From positions 23,498,001-23,562,000 of the forward strand of contig JBHGNT010000005.1 in assembly GCA_043228905.1 (NCBI GenBank): 64,000 bases of DNA. The letters run 5' to 3'. Source of the stretch: Azolla caroliniana. Its lineage: Eukaryota > Plantae > Polypodiophyta. The notes under the pieces were generated by a model that was given only the letters and a program-made list of their open reading frames with translations, made no database searches and was not told the DNA's origin. Positions 37,119 to 49,323 of this stretch are shown here, one piece after another. How positions within the stretch are numbered: position 1 is the first letter of the stretch; each line of letters opens with the position of its first letter. The translations under genes and the position numbers were made by a program.

Positions 37119-38718
37119 GCGTACTATTAAGCTCTCCATTAAACTTGTTCTCTATTTTCTGTTTTTATTGCTTCCACACGCTATTTGTTTTTACACATAT
37201 TCATTGAGATCCCCTTCAACTTGCCCTTAACCTGATGCCAATCTTTGTCAACAACAACATCACTACTAGCTCTATCCCATGGTTTTTCCCCTTATCTATA
37301 ACCACTAAACTTTGTTTTTCTATATCCATAGATTAAGTTCCCTTATTCTTAGGGCCCAAACCTTGAAGTGAGACCTCTTTATAACCTGCTCCAGATGATG
37401 TTCCTTCATCCATAACAACCACAATATCTGACACACCAACATCTCTCCCAACTCCTTCTTTACCATTCCCTTTATTAGGAACCTCTATAGTTGAAGGACA
37501 ATTATGATGGCATTCTACCATAAAGTGACCCCATTCACCACATCCAAAACAATGACCTGCAAATTTCTCCCACTTCAATTTAAAACAAAGTCTTTTTATA
37601 CCATGTGTGTTCATACGCACCCATCCTGGCCTCTTATGACTTGTATCCCATAACACACAAAATTTGCACTTATTTGTAGCATTTGTATATGGAGATACCA
37701 ACACTTTATCCATTTGACTCATCAACTCTGGCAAAAGTGGCCATTAGTGGCCATTAAAAAGCATGCTTACAATCCATTGTTACCCAAACAGGGCATTCTT
37801 GTTTTAACAAAGCATGATAGTCCACTACGGGGGACCATTGCATTATATGCACCAATCGTTTATCAAAAAACACAGGGACTTTAGCCAACAATGCACTTCG
37901 ATATTCCGATGAATGAAATACTAGATCATAAAACCCTCGTGGTCATGCATATATATTTTCAACACGTTTGTGTTCAACCATTGTTTAATCCAATTAATGT
38001 ATGGGAGTTTCCCGGTAAAAAATAATATAACTAGACGATCATAGAATAGATCAAAAGATTGCAACACTGCCTTAGGATCAACTTCCACATCATGCACATC
38101 CTCATCAATGCATCGTTTCGCTTCATTTCCATTTTCTTCCACAATATCAGACAACAAGGTATTGGCAATTCCCCATAAATTATCCCAATTACAATGATCC
38201 TTGTCAACCTCATCTACATGTATTACTTCGGCATATGTCAATTTTTTCTCATTAATTTCCTAAATAGCCTTAAACCTCTTAGAGCTTCCAAAGTCTTCCC
38301 TTTCACGATTACATTCAACAATCACATTACTTTGTTTTTTATATTGTTTCCATATTGATGTCCCCCACAATTTGTGAGGAATTCATGTTTATATCCATTA
38401 TTCTTGATGTGATGTTGATCCAGGATAAAAACAATTTTCCATGAACAAGAGAGACAACCAGAACTCACCATATTGAAGAGGTCGAAGATGATGAAGACAA
38501 TAGAAGACCCGCAATGTCTGTTGAGTATGTGGATGCTAACAACACAATATTTCTTATTTTTATCTTTTTTTCTCGTACATACCACCAATTTTAACTTGCT
38601 ATATCTCGTTACGAAGCCCTAATCAAGGGCTTTCTAACGCTTGTCTTTATACCCAATTCTGTTACCGATAGAACAAATTCACTTCTTCTTTTTCCCCTCT
38701 CCACTCTTGTGCTTTTTT

Positions 38719-38760
<42 letters not shown>

Positions 38761-38762
<2 letters not shown>

Positions 38763-39033
38763 AAAACACACAAATTTATTAATAAATGTGTGTGAAAACA
38801 CTACTTACAATGGGTGTCACAATGGACTATGGTCACCCACTAACTACACTACATGGGTAGTGGAACATGTTGAATTTCCACTTGCTCCAATAAAGAAAAT
38901 TGCCACATTAGTACTCCCTTCAACTTTCATAGACATGTTTTCACTCCATGCTTACCATCAAATACAAAAGCATTGCGCATATCGCAATTATGACACAATC
39001 CCCAAGACCTCAAATATCGGAAAATGATCTTCA
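38761..39033 (-). mobile_element. 273-bp 3' stub of the same L1 family, flanked on both sides by (GA)n
   Basis: Aligns by eye to ~11604-11920; (TC)n at 38722-38760 and 39034-39060. Confidence 0.9.
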
Positions 39034-39060
<27 letters not shown>

Positions 39061-39064
<4 letters not shown>

Positions 39065-40063
39065 GAACACATGAATCTTGGAGATATTAAGTGTTGGGTC
39101 CTCAAGAAATATCTTTTCGACACTTTGGTGACACCGGTTCTTCTCTATGGGGTGGAAGTATGGGGCGGTAGCATCCCTAAATCTATGTGGAAAGAGTTTG
39201 AAAATGTCCAAAAACATTTTCTTACAAAGTTTCTACAAGTTAAGAAACAAACACCCTACACCCTCCTCCTCCTTAAGACGGGATTGCTTCCCATTGAGAT
39301 CATGGCCATTGAAAGGGTTGTTGAATACATGCTTAAGGTTCAAAAAAGTCCCTCACATCGACTTCCTAGAATTGTGTGGGAAGCAAGCAAAAAGATCCAA
39401 AAGACGCATAAAAGCAAAATTTTGTGTTCCGGTTGGATGCAAGATATAGAAAAATGGTTTGGTAGGTGGGATGCAAGACACTTGCTTCATGATGCATCAT
39501 TAGATTCCTCTGTAAATGAGGCCTTTTTGCAACGCCAATGTATCATGACATGGGACAAATGTGGAGGCTCACGCTTCACACATTATACTACACATGTTGC
39601 ACCTAACTACAAAACCATATTCTTTGCGGAACGGGGAAATCGTACACATCGATACATGTTAGAGCCCATACTGTTATCTGCCTTTCGAACCATTGCTTCC
39701 ATGTGACTTAGCTCACATGCATTGCGATGTGAAACAGGGCGTTGGGGCACAAGTGATGAGAGTGGTCAGCTATGCACACTTTGCCCTAAACAAGTTCGTG
39801 AGTCTGAGTATCACACTTTGATACAATGCTCTGCCTTTGATCATATTCGACCATGCTTTCCACATCTCTTCGATCGAGCCCAATCCTTTCATGGATTCCT
39901 CTCACAACCACAATGTGCACTCTCGATTGCAACATTCATTGGTAAAGTTCTTGAACATCGAGAGGCACTAGTCACTTTCACACGTATCACATGAAATGTA
40001 ATATTTTTGGTCTCATAGGTCATATTTGAGCTCTGAAGATGATAATATAATCTATCTATCTCT
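39061..40063 (+). mobile_element. 5'-truncated RTE/RTE-X-like LINE, copy 2
   Basis: Highly similar to ~10170-11155; starts right after (CT)n and ends 'tctatctatctctc'. Confidence 0.92.
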
Positions 40064-40785
40064 CAAATATAGGAAAACGGTCTCCACCCCAATTAAAATG
40101 ATCTATTATGCAAATGTATGTCATCATTAATTAGTTACTTATAAGTTTTTTTGTCTAATAAAGATTCTCATTCTGCAACTACATTTGATGTGTGGTGAAA
40201 TAGTAGTTTGCAATGACATTTACACATTGGTATGTACAAAATTTCCTAATTCGTCTATGTCAACATTTTCAATATATTTCCTGGTGATGGAGTAGATAAG
40301 TGTTGTGGTCTTAAGTGTATTTATGCATTTGAAATGCTTTGGTATTTCATCTTATCCTTTATCCCAAAAAAATTGATGGTGCTAGAATTGTTATTGTGGC
40401 CTTGAAAGAATTAGGTAGATTGTTGCATAATGTGCAAGGAAATGGTATTTTGCCTTTATCAATTGTGTTGTGACATACGATCCATATATTTCAATTTGGT
40501 ATCATAGTTCCTAATAGTATTCACATACGTCCAATCTGGTAGACGTATGCGAACAATATTTATTTTTTATTTTTTATGTTTTGGTTTTTCGCTTTTATTA
40601 TTTTTTTACTTTTAAGTTCGTATTAGAGAAGAAGACATTTTGCTCTCTATTCCTTCCATCCTCCCCTAAAGGCATAATGGGTTCCTCTAGGATTGGATCA
40701 AGTTGGGTCATTCATAGCATAGGAAAGTGGAGAGAAATAGAACTAATGAAAGACAAAGTATTAGAGACGGACATGGCAATTCTAA

Positions 40786-41904
40786 AGAGAGAGAGAGATT
40801 TTAGAATTTTGTATCGTCCATAAAGAGGCCAATTTTGACCTATGGGACCACAATATACATGTGTTCTTGATATGTGTCTCCTTCCTAAGAAGGGGTATTC
40901 ATACATTGAAGCACAAAGTCTTTATGTGTGAATAAAGCATTAACATATGAGCTCAACCTTCTCGTAGTGTCTTAAGTATGGCACTAAGTTATCACTCCCT
41001 CTTAGTATGTCAACATATCTTGAACGAATTGCACTATATGTTGAGCATGTGATGAGCAGTGACATTCATCTTTTATCATGCCTTCATTGCATACTTTGCA
41101 CGTCTTCAAGTCCGTTACATTTTGATACCATGATGCAACTTCAACACCTAACTTGTGAGATCAAGTGCAAAGTAGTGTAAGGGCTCTACGAGCATTACTA
41201 CTCATATTGGTAATGAGATAAGGTTGGATACGATCAATAGGCATTCTTGCTTTATATTGAGACCAACATTCAGGGTTGACATTTGCAATGTAGACAGTAG
41301 TATTCTAGCGTTGTCCTCTTATCATCTTCCCACTTCATCCTTAATGATTCCACCAACCTTTCTTCAATCATTGTACATACTGCATAGCATTGTCCAAAAG
41401 CACTAAAAGATCATCCACACCCCATCTTCTAAACCATTTCCTTATGTCAACAACCCAACCGGATGAGAGAATCTTACTTTTATGATTCTTTTGTAGCTTA
41501 CATCCAACATTCCAAGCAAGATGTGGTAATCGATGATTCATCATATTCTTGACTTTTGTAATGTATTTATATACTCTTTGGAGTGCCAATACTTCTGCGG
41601 GTCGAACACCAGGTGTTTCCAAGAGCATAACCTGGTAAGAGGTAGTGCATTTAACTCCTAATTGCCTCCTTAAAAACATCTTTTGAATTTTCTCAATCTC
41701 ATTCCATGCATTAAGAGAGATGGCGTCACCCCATACTTCTACACCATAAAGCAATACTTGAGTTACCATGGCATTGAACAACATTAGTTTTACTTCTCAT
41801 CCACAAGTATCACTTTGGTTGCATTGGTTCTCCAAAAGGTAATACGATTTCCAATCAGCTTGGAGGTTAGAATCAAAGCATGCACTCCATTTATTTGTGG
41901 CGGG
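40786..41904 (-). mobile_element. Diverged RTE/RTE-X-like LINE, copy 3 (different subfamily)
   Basis: VLLYGVEVWG..IEKIQKMFL..LLET..HRLP..KSKILSSGW; the same 3' motif and a short (CT)n tail. Confidence 0.85.
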
Positions 41905-42393
41905 TGGCAATGGGCACGATTTCGGCTCAAACCGAACCGAACCATTAAGTTATGGTTCAACGGTTTATTAGTGGATTTTTTATGAATGGTTCGATTTCGA
42001 TTCGGTTTGGTTCTAAAACTCGGGTTTATAGGTTTATAGGTTTATAGGTTTTTGGTTAGCTTTTTTTTTACCTTAATAATTTATTAATTTAATGGTTTAA
42101 TTAATGGTTTTTTATTGATTTAACTTTACTGTTTATTTAATTTAATGTATTTTTGTTTATTTAGATGTTTAATTAGTTTAATTTAAGTGGTTAGGTTTAA
42201 ATTTTTTATTAAATGGTTCGGTTTGGTTTCAACTTTTCCCTAAACGGTTTGGTTTTAAATGGTTTGGTTTCAACTATTTCTTAAATGGTTTGGTTTAAAT
42301 ACAGAGTTCATAAACGGTTTGGTTTGGTTTTTGTTTTAAATAAACGGCTCGGTTTCTTTGCCTTGAAACCGAACCGAACCGCGCCCATTGCTA
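41905..42393. mobile_element. MITE related to 21459-22049
   Basis: tggcaatgggcacgatttcggctcaaaccgaacc ... ccgaaccgcgcccattgcta; no TSD. Confidence 0.85.
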
Positions 42394-44783
42394 TATGTGA
42401 GCAAGATATTTAAAGCTTCAAACAAATTGTATATGTTTTCCTCTATATGTGAGCATTGGGTAATGATGAGGTTGGATGGTTTGCACTACCATCATTTTTG
42501 TTTTCTCCACATTCATTGCTAATACACTACTTCTCCTTCCCCGCCACAACCTGATGTAGGCATTTTCTTAATCTCTTCCATTATCATTCTTTATGAACCA
42601 CAAGTTGTAAAATTTTAGAATAATAAATATAAATATAGATGAATGGACTTCAATCATACTTGGAGCCATTTCACGTATGAGAACGAATATTCACGTATAA
42701 GTATGATACGAATATTCATGTATGAGTATGGCACCAATGGGAAGTATGGCTAGAACTATGCTTGGTATTAAGTTTGTATTAGAGATATCTCACTTTCCAC
42801 TATGAAGTTGAGAAATAAGGCGGTATCCATAAGTTCTAGCAAAGTTCGTAAAGTTATATATTTAGAAAATACTCCAAATCAATGAAAGCGCATATAGAAT
42901 GGGAACTTAATTGTGTTGATGTTATTGTTAAATGAATTTCCACCATAGCAATGTACCAAGAAGCCATAAAACTCAAAGATGTATTGAATTGCACTTTAAG
43001 AAACTCTATTATTGTTGTAGATTTCATCGATATTATGCTTGGAACACAAACATACAAAGGAACGATGGCTACTTCTACTTGCTAGAATTTGTAGTTATTG
43101 TTGGGAGTAAAGTCCCCAACGTTTTTTCTTTTACCCTTCCATGCAAAAGCTCCCTTCAAGAGCTTTATGGACATGTCTTTACTATATTTTTGGCCCCAAT
43201 TCGGGGTTCATAGGCATTTATATTATCTTATAACTTTTAGTCATTGGGCATGTGTGAACATGGCCAAACAACCAAAAAGTTACTTATCAATAAGAATTGG
43301 TCCCAATTCTCTCATAATGAGATAGGGACTTTCAACGACTACGGTTTCCTCTCCATTTTTCTACACAAATTTGTCTACTTTCTTTCTCATCATACAACAA
43401 TCCAGTCCCTTGGTGTTTTGGAACAACTAACCACACCATTACGTCTCTTTCAGTTATTTAGGTGGGTCAAAGTAACCCACACTCTCCATAGCTTCCCTTG
43501 CCTTCAACGACTTGTTAACAAAATGTAACGAGTATTTGGATCTAAATGGAAACATCAACTGAATCTGCCTCAATTAAGGAAACTCTTCAAGTGGAAACAC
43601 AAGCTACTGAGAAATGTTTGCAATATTTGTTCAAATAGCAATAATATTTGAAGTGCATACCCTCTCAAATTGCTATGTTTCCTAAGCCAAGTTATGTTTA
43701 TTCTTTGCTCTTCTTATTTTTCTCATGCATAATGTCTTTCATCTTCATTGGTATAGAGTTCCAACACTCGATAGCTCAATTGAGAGAAGCTTTGATATCC
43801 ATTTGGTTCAAAAGATATTAGAAAAAAATTATAATGTACATGATGTTGTGAACTCTAATTGATGAAATGTTGGGCGTTAGCGAGAACTCCCATGAATCAA
43901 TGTCTTCTTATGATTTGTAAATCAAACAATTTATGGAATTTCCTCAAGCAAAATTGATACATATCCACTTTAAGGTGGTTAACAATAGGTTGGCATCACA
44001 CCGCTTCATGTTTAGAAATTTATCGATTTTCAAGGCAACCCAATTTTAAAATGATTATTTGCATTTAATGTTGGTTTGCTTTACCTTGAATGTACACAAT
44101 GGCTTTTGCCCATTTACTAATGCCAACTTCATTAGTGCCAACAAAGGAGGTTAATTCCAAAGCAGAATGTATAACTTACAAGATAGAATTTGATAGCACT
44201 CACGCACTTCAAAGGCTAACATATGCATTAGATTTTGGGTGGATGTCATTAATGAGACTTCAATGAAGCATATTATAATTTCGATATCAATGTGGAAGAT
44301 AGTTGAGTGAAACAAGATCTTCCGTTTAACTGCCCATGTTTGCATGCTAATTTTGAACATTTGGTTTGGGCTTGGAAATTCCTCAACCAATTTTGTTTCA
44401 ATACTTTTGGTTTGAATGATTTCATATTAAAGGTTTTACCATACAACTTGGTTTAAGTTTCAAAATCTAAAAGAAATTTAGATTGAAACTGTTTGAGTTG
44501 GAGACCCAAACCAAACTCTTACCAATTGCTATTGGACAGCCTTGTTGGGAAACAATGTTTATGATTGGATAGATCTAATCAACCACCACTAAATTCATGT
44601 CACAATTTTGTCCATGAGTAGGCAGAAATGCTCTTTCCTTGCAAGAATAACCATTAATATTATATGGACACCATTCATAGCTCTTATCCCATGGGAATCT
44701 CTACTTATCTATCATGTGCATCTCAAATTTAGGAGACCTATGGCCTCGATTTCCTTGAAACATCTCAAACTATAAATATATTG

Positions 44784-45058
44784 TGGCATGGGAGTTCACG
44801 GGGGCTTGTCCTATGTGGGACTCATGTATAATTTTGAATTCATCAATATGAATACACATTAGCATACTACCTCGCTAATGCCCATATGTGCTAATCATGG
44901 CATATTGGAGATTATAATGCCCATATGTGCTAATCATGGCATGGGAGTTCACGGGGGCTTGTCCTATGTGGGACTCATGTATAATTTTGAATTCATCAAT
45001 ATGAATACACATTAGCATACTACCTCGCTAATGCCCATATGTGCTAATCATGGCATAT
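44784..45058. repeat. Perfect ~120-bp direct duplication (period 153) with an extra ~28-bp partial copy in the spacer
   Basis: tggcatgggagttcacggggg...ctaatcatggcatat at 44784 and 44937. Confidence 0.92.
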
Positions 45059-48000
45059 GAATACCTACACTGTACACATACAATATCATAGTACCATTAT
45101 CCTTGCATAAGTGTGATGTTTATTGGCACTAGGACAATGAATTCCAACGATATTAATACATCTATGGTATTTCCTTTTATTAATTTGAACTTGTTTTTTA
45201 TTAATTATGCACCATAAATCTCCTTTGTAAACTAAAAGAGCACATACTTATCTAAAAATGTCTTGTTTGTTATGAGCTTGGGGTAGAGGCGCAAATTAAG
45301 AAAGATCAAGGAAGAAACAAGTTGCTTTCATTTTACGTAGATTTTCAAGTGACATGTTTTGAGATATCGTTGTGTGGCATGGTTTTAAATCACTAAGATA
45401 ACAGTAAATATGGGATTGATGCATAATAACATGCACAAATGTAACCTTTAGCAATATCTATGGACCTTCTATTGTTTAACTTGTCAAACATCAAGATTGA
45501 AAGTGGAAACATGTTTCTAAAACAATTCAACTCACACTAAAAAATAATTTGGGAAAAAATGATGAATTTCATGTTACTTCCAAGTTTCAACAATATGATA
45601 GCATAAATATGCTCATAAGCCATAATCAATTAAAAGATCTTAATGAGTTTGTTTTCGATAATCAACCAAGATACAAAGAGAGTACAAAGCATGATTCATA
45701 CTTTAAGGATAATTCATATTCTCAAGGAAACACATCGCGATGATTTATTATGTGTGGATGATGGTGTGGACGAGAAGGGAACACTAAAATGTGTATAAGA
45801 AAGAAACTATAGTTTGTATTATAAACAAATATTTTTGTCAATGGGCTACTTGCAAAGACTTTATTGGGCTAGTTTAAAAGAGAATTGGACAAAAGAAACT
45901 CCTTTAAGAGTTTATTCGTTGCATGGATAAACTTGAGTTAGTTCTATTGTAAACAATGGATTCGATCCTTCTTGTTTATGGTGTTCTTGGAATCTATTCC
46001 GCCTTATCTTGCTACTACTATGATCTTAAAGTTGTGGATATTCTTCGGGTTATGTATTTGTGATATTAATATTGGTTTTCCCTTTCTCAAACTTTGTCCA
46101 CATGTTCATGCTTATTTTCATGCAAGTTAGTGCATTTTGGCAAATTAAATACAAAAGGAATCAAAGATTCCGTAGACCGATAACTTAATCCATGAGTTTG
46201 TGCGTGTAGGTTGTTGGGATTCATTACTAGCATCCTTTTACTAGTTTTTCGGATTATATTAATGTATTGATTTATGAGTAGTTTTCATACATAACACAAA
46301 TTGTACTTTTCCTTAACATGAATATTCACTAAAGCTAAATGTTGCGACAAATAATATTAAAAAATCGTCAATCATTAATGTGCTCGCATCAATAGTTTCT
46401 GTAATGTAGAAACGATGTGTAATTCCTTTGCATTAGCCAATGTTAAAAATGTCGATGCATGGTGACGAACCTAGGTTTAGTTTCGTACAACTTTAATATA
46501 TAACACAAAGGCCTCCTTTTATAATATATTATGAAAGTAACATTTATAACGCACATTGCTTGAATGTCATGACTTGCCAAGAATCTTGGCATGCTCATTT
46601 ACAAATATCAAGAAAGTTAGGAAATTGTTTGGTTGAGTTTGGAAATCTTTCCCGAGTTTGGTTTGGAGGCTTCGCAAAGATAGAAATGTTAACCTCAGCC
46701 CACAACCTCATTAAATGCAAAATTATACAAAACGTATAGGTGGTGATTGGTGACATCTCTTAATCAGCACAAAAATGCACATTTTTCAATTTTCAAACAG
46801 GACATAAACAAATTGAGATGTGATATGTAAATATATGTATTAGGTTTTCATAAATTTGATTGCCAAGTCATTCACTTGATGGAGAGTAAATCAGATAGGT
46901 GACGAGGCAAGTGAGATTTCACTAGCACATTAAAACTTGATTGTAACAAGAGGGTTGGTCTTTCGGGAGCAACTTGGACGTAAAGGAAGCTATCACATCT
47001 TGCAAAAATCATTCAAGAACTATCTAACATGTAGTTGTCATTGAATGATTGAGGTTAGCTAGGACGGTTTTATTATTCATTGGGGAATCTAGCTGTATGT
47101 TTCCAAGTATTTGAACGTAATGTGTGTTGTAGTGGCAAGTGGGTTACTCAACACTTCAGTGCCATGCCTACATTTATAATCTATATGATAGGATAGAGCA
47201 CTATTGATTACCATGGAGGAGAAGGCCTCGTGCACAAATATATTTAAGTACTATGAGGACAATATTGAACTAGGTGTACCCCAATAAATTAGTCAACAAT
47301 GATGATCCATTAGAAGGTGTAAATATTTAGAAATGTAGCAAAATCTACGTCAAACTCACAATTTCTTAAAGAGTGATACCATTTAAAAAAAGGAAAGTGT
47401 GATCAAGCATGTAGGGTACTCTTAGCTCTTCCTTCTATTTTGGTCAAAGTGCCTCGTTGGTAAGAGTTAGCAAATTCTCTTTGCATGATGTAGTACAATA
47501 CAAGCGAGAACAATGTAGTCACTTGGAAACATGATAATATCATTCGCTTAATCCAACAAAAGACTTGGCTCATAGTAACCAATTGCAAAAAATGGGGGGC
47601 ATATTGCAAGCACCCCATGATCCAATGGTAGCATGCATGATATATATACATATATAGCCAATTATGGATAGGCAGCAAAATATCTCGTGAGTTTTGTATT
47701 GAAAATTATATTGTAGTCACATCCAAGTATATGCTCAAGTCTAGTATTAGCAACTCCAAGCAATTTTGGAACAACTTTTGTTTTAAGGAGGATGTCCATG
47801 CTAGTTAAATGTATGTATAGATATTAACTACACGAAGCAGAAGTAGGTAAAATAAATTAAAGCAATGGATATGGTTTTGACAAGATTCAAGCTTGTTGCT
47901 TGATTGTGTATTCCCATGCCCTTGGAAAAAAAGATTATATGCCACCTTCAAGCAAAATATATCGGTATGGAATGTGCACAACCTTTGTATCGTTGACAAC

Positions 48001-48559
48001 TTCCTTCCAATCTCTCCTTGAAATCGTGGGCAATAGATTGCTTGGCAAGTAATGTGACCCCATCCCAAGAAAAAACAATACACCCATTTTTATCAAAAAC
48101 TATTAATTTCTAGCACATGTTGTTCTCGAATAGTTGGGCACCACAAATGTTCGAGCATCTATTGAGGTGAGGGCCTAGCCCAAGTGACACGTGCACACTT
48201 TTCTCGCAACCAATATCTTCCTTTCGCACCCTACTTCTTGAAATATCGAGGCAACCACATGCACATCTTATGGTCTTGGATACCTAATCTTGGAAAAGCT
48301 TGCGTCCCAACTACCTCAACTTTCAATCACTATCGAGCTGCCAAATGTTTTCCAGCATAATGAGTTTTAGAACAATCTGGCACTAAGTGTGAATATATAG
48401 TCAAGGTTTTATTGGGGGGATATTTTTCGTGAAGTCAAAATAGTTCCATGGAAAAGTGCGGTTTCTCAAAGTATTTGCGTTCCAACATAAAGATATTGGG
48501 CCACAAAATGTCAAGGCATGGAGTAATGCAAGGTTGCAGGGCAACTTTGCAACCATAAT

Positions 48560-48960
48560 AAGGCTGACGTAATAAGTGAGTCAAGGAAGCGGGTCGGGCC
48601 AAAGCAGGACACTCAATTACTCGCACCTGATCAATCGCTTTAGGTTGCATTAGGTTGCAACGTGTGATATCAAATGTTAGCTGAGTTTCTTCCGAACCTT
48701 AGATAAGAAACCGAGTTATGGAGGGAGATGCGGGAATTGAGAGTGATTTTGGAATTAAAATTTGCTACGAAAGGGCTGGACACAAAATAAGAGGCGAGAA
48801 AACTATCATGGGGGGGGGGGGACAAATCATTCAATGTGAAACCGTCCAAATGGCCAGATTTTGTCCGGGGGACTACCCGACAGGCCATCAGCTGACGTGG
48901 CAGAATGGGCTGTCTCTCACCCCCCACCCCTGCCCACGTGCACCAATAGGAGCACGTGAC
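48560..48960 (+). promoter_or_regulatory. Auxin-responsive promoter module of GH3
   Basis: TGACGTAA 48565-48572; TGTCCG 48862-48867 and CCGACA 48877-48882; TGACGTGGC 48893-48901; TGTCTC 48911-48916; CACGTG 48935-48940 and 48953-48958; CCAAT 48943. Confidence 0.75.
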
Positions 48961-49177
48961 CCTCCCGCCCATCTCCAGCTAAGCTTCGGTTTCCTTTTCC
49001 TTTTGATTTGGGGTCATTATTTCTTCACAAAAATAAATAAAACTAATGCTTACCTCCTTCTTCTTCTCCATCCCCAACACCGTAGCCTAACAAGACGGCG
49101 CCTGTCTGCCTATGGAATCTATCTATATCTATATATATACATACACACACACGCATATACCGCCATGGCCCCCTCCT

Positions 49178-49312
49178 CCTAACCTCTAACCCTAACCCTA
49201 ACCCTAATCACTCCCACAATTTACATCTCAACCCTAATCACTCCTACAATTACATCCCAATCTCAATCCTAATCACTCCAAACCTCTAACCCTAACCCTA
49301 ATCCCTAATCCT
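49178..49312 (+). repeat. CCCTAA-type (telomere-like) repeat tract just upstream of the GH3 ATG
   Basis: ctaaccctaaccctaaccctaatc at ~49186-49210 and again ~49286-49310, with degenerate copies between. Confidence 0.8.
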
Positions 49313-49323
49313 CCCATTACACT

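Larger units (their letters stand above)
25919..37195 (+). mobile_element. Full-length Ty1/copia LTR retrotransposon: 5' LTR 25919-31755 (interrupted by hAT), 3' LTR 36774-37195, TSD CATAT
   Basis: CATAT at 25914-25918 and 37196-37200; PBS tggtatcagagc 31756-31767; PPT gagggggag 36765-36773; closely similar LTRs. Confidence 0.97.
11604..38721 (-). mobile_element. One L1-clade LINE split into four pieces (38721-37201, 25918-25106, 16394-16231, 13112-11604), with an internal RT deletion near 12120
   Basis: ORF1 zinc knuckle (CFGCGEWGHFMVEC); APE endonuclease (GDFN..AWVSL | LDLWTWLHGNDLAFTF..DRMYV | ILVLQDVGTLDLFPI) runs on across the insertions; KSPGWDG and WRPISL RT start; zf-RVT remnant; (GA)n at both ends. 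Confidence 0.85.

Noticed and set aside
42500-48400. Possible decayed retroelement fragments
   Set aside because: Too degenerate to assign a family or boundaries by eye.
48718-49182. 154-aa ORF upstream of GH3
   Set aside because: Spans promoter motifs and simple repeats, with no recognisable domain.
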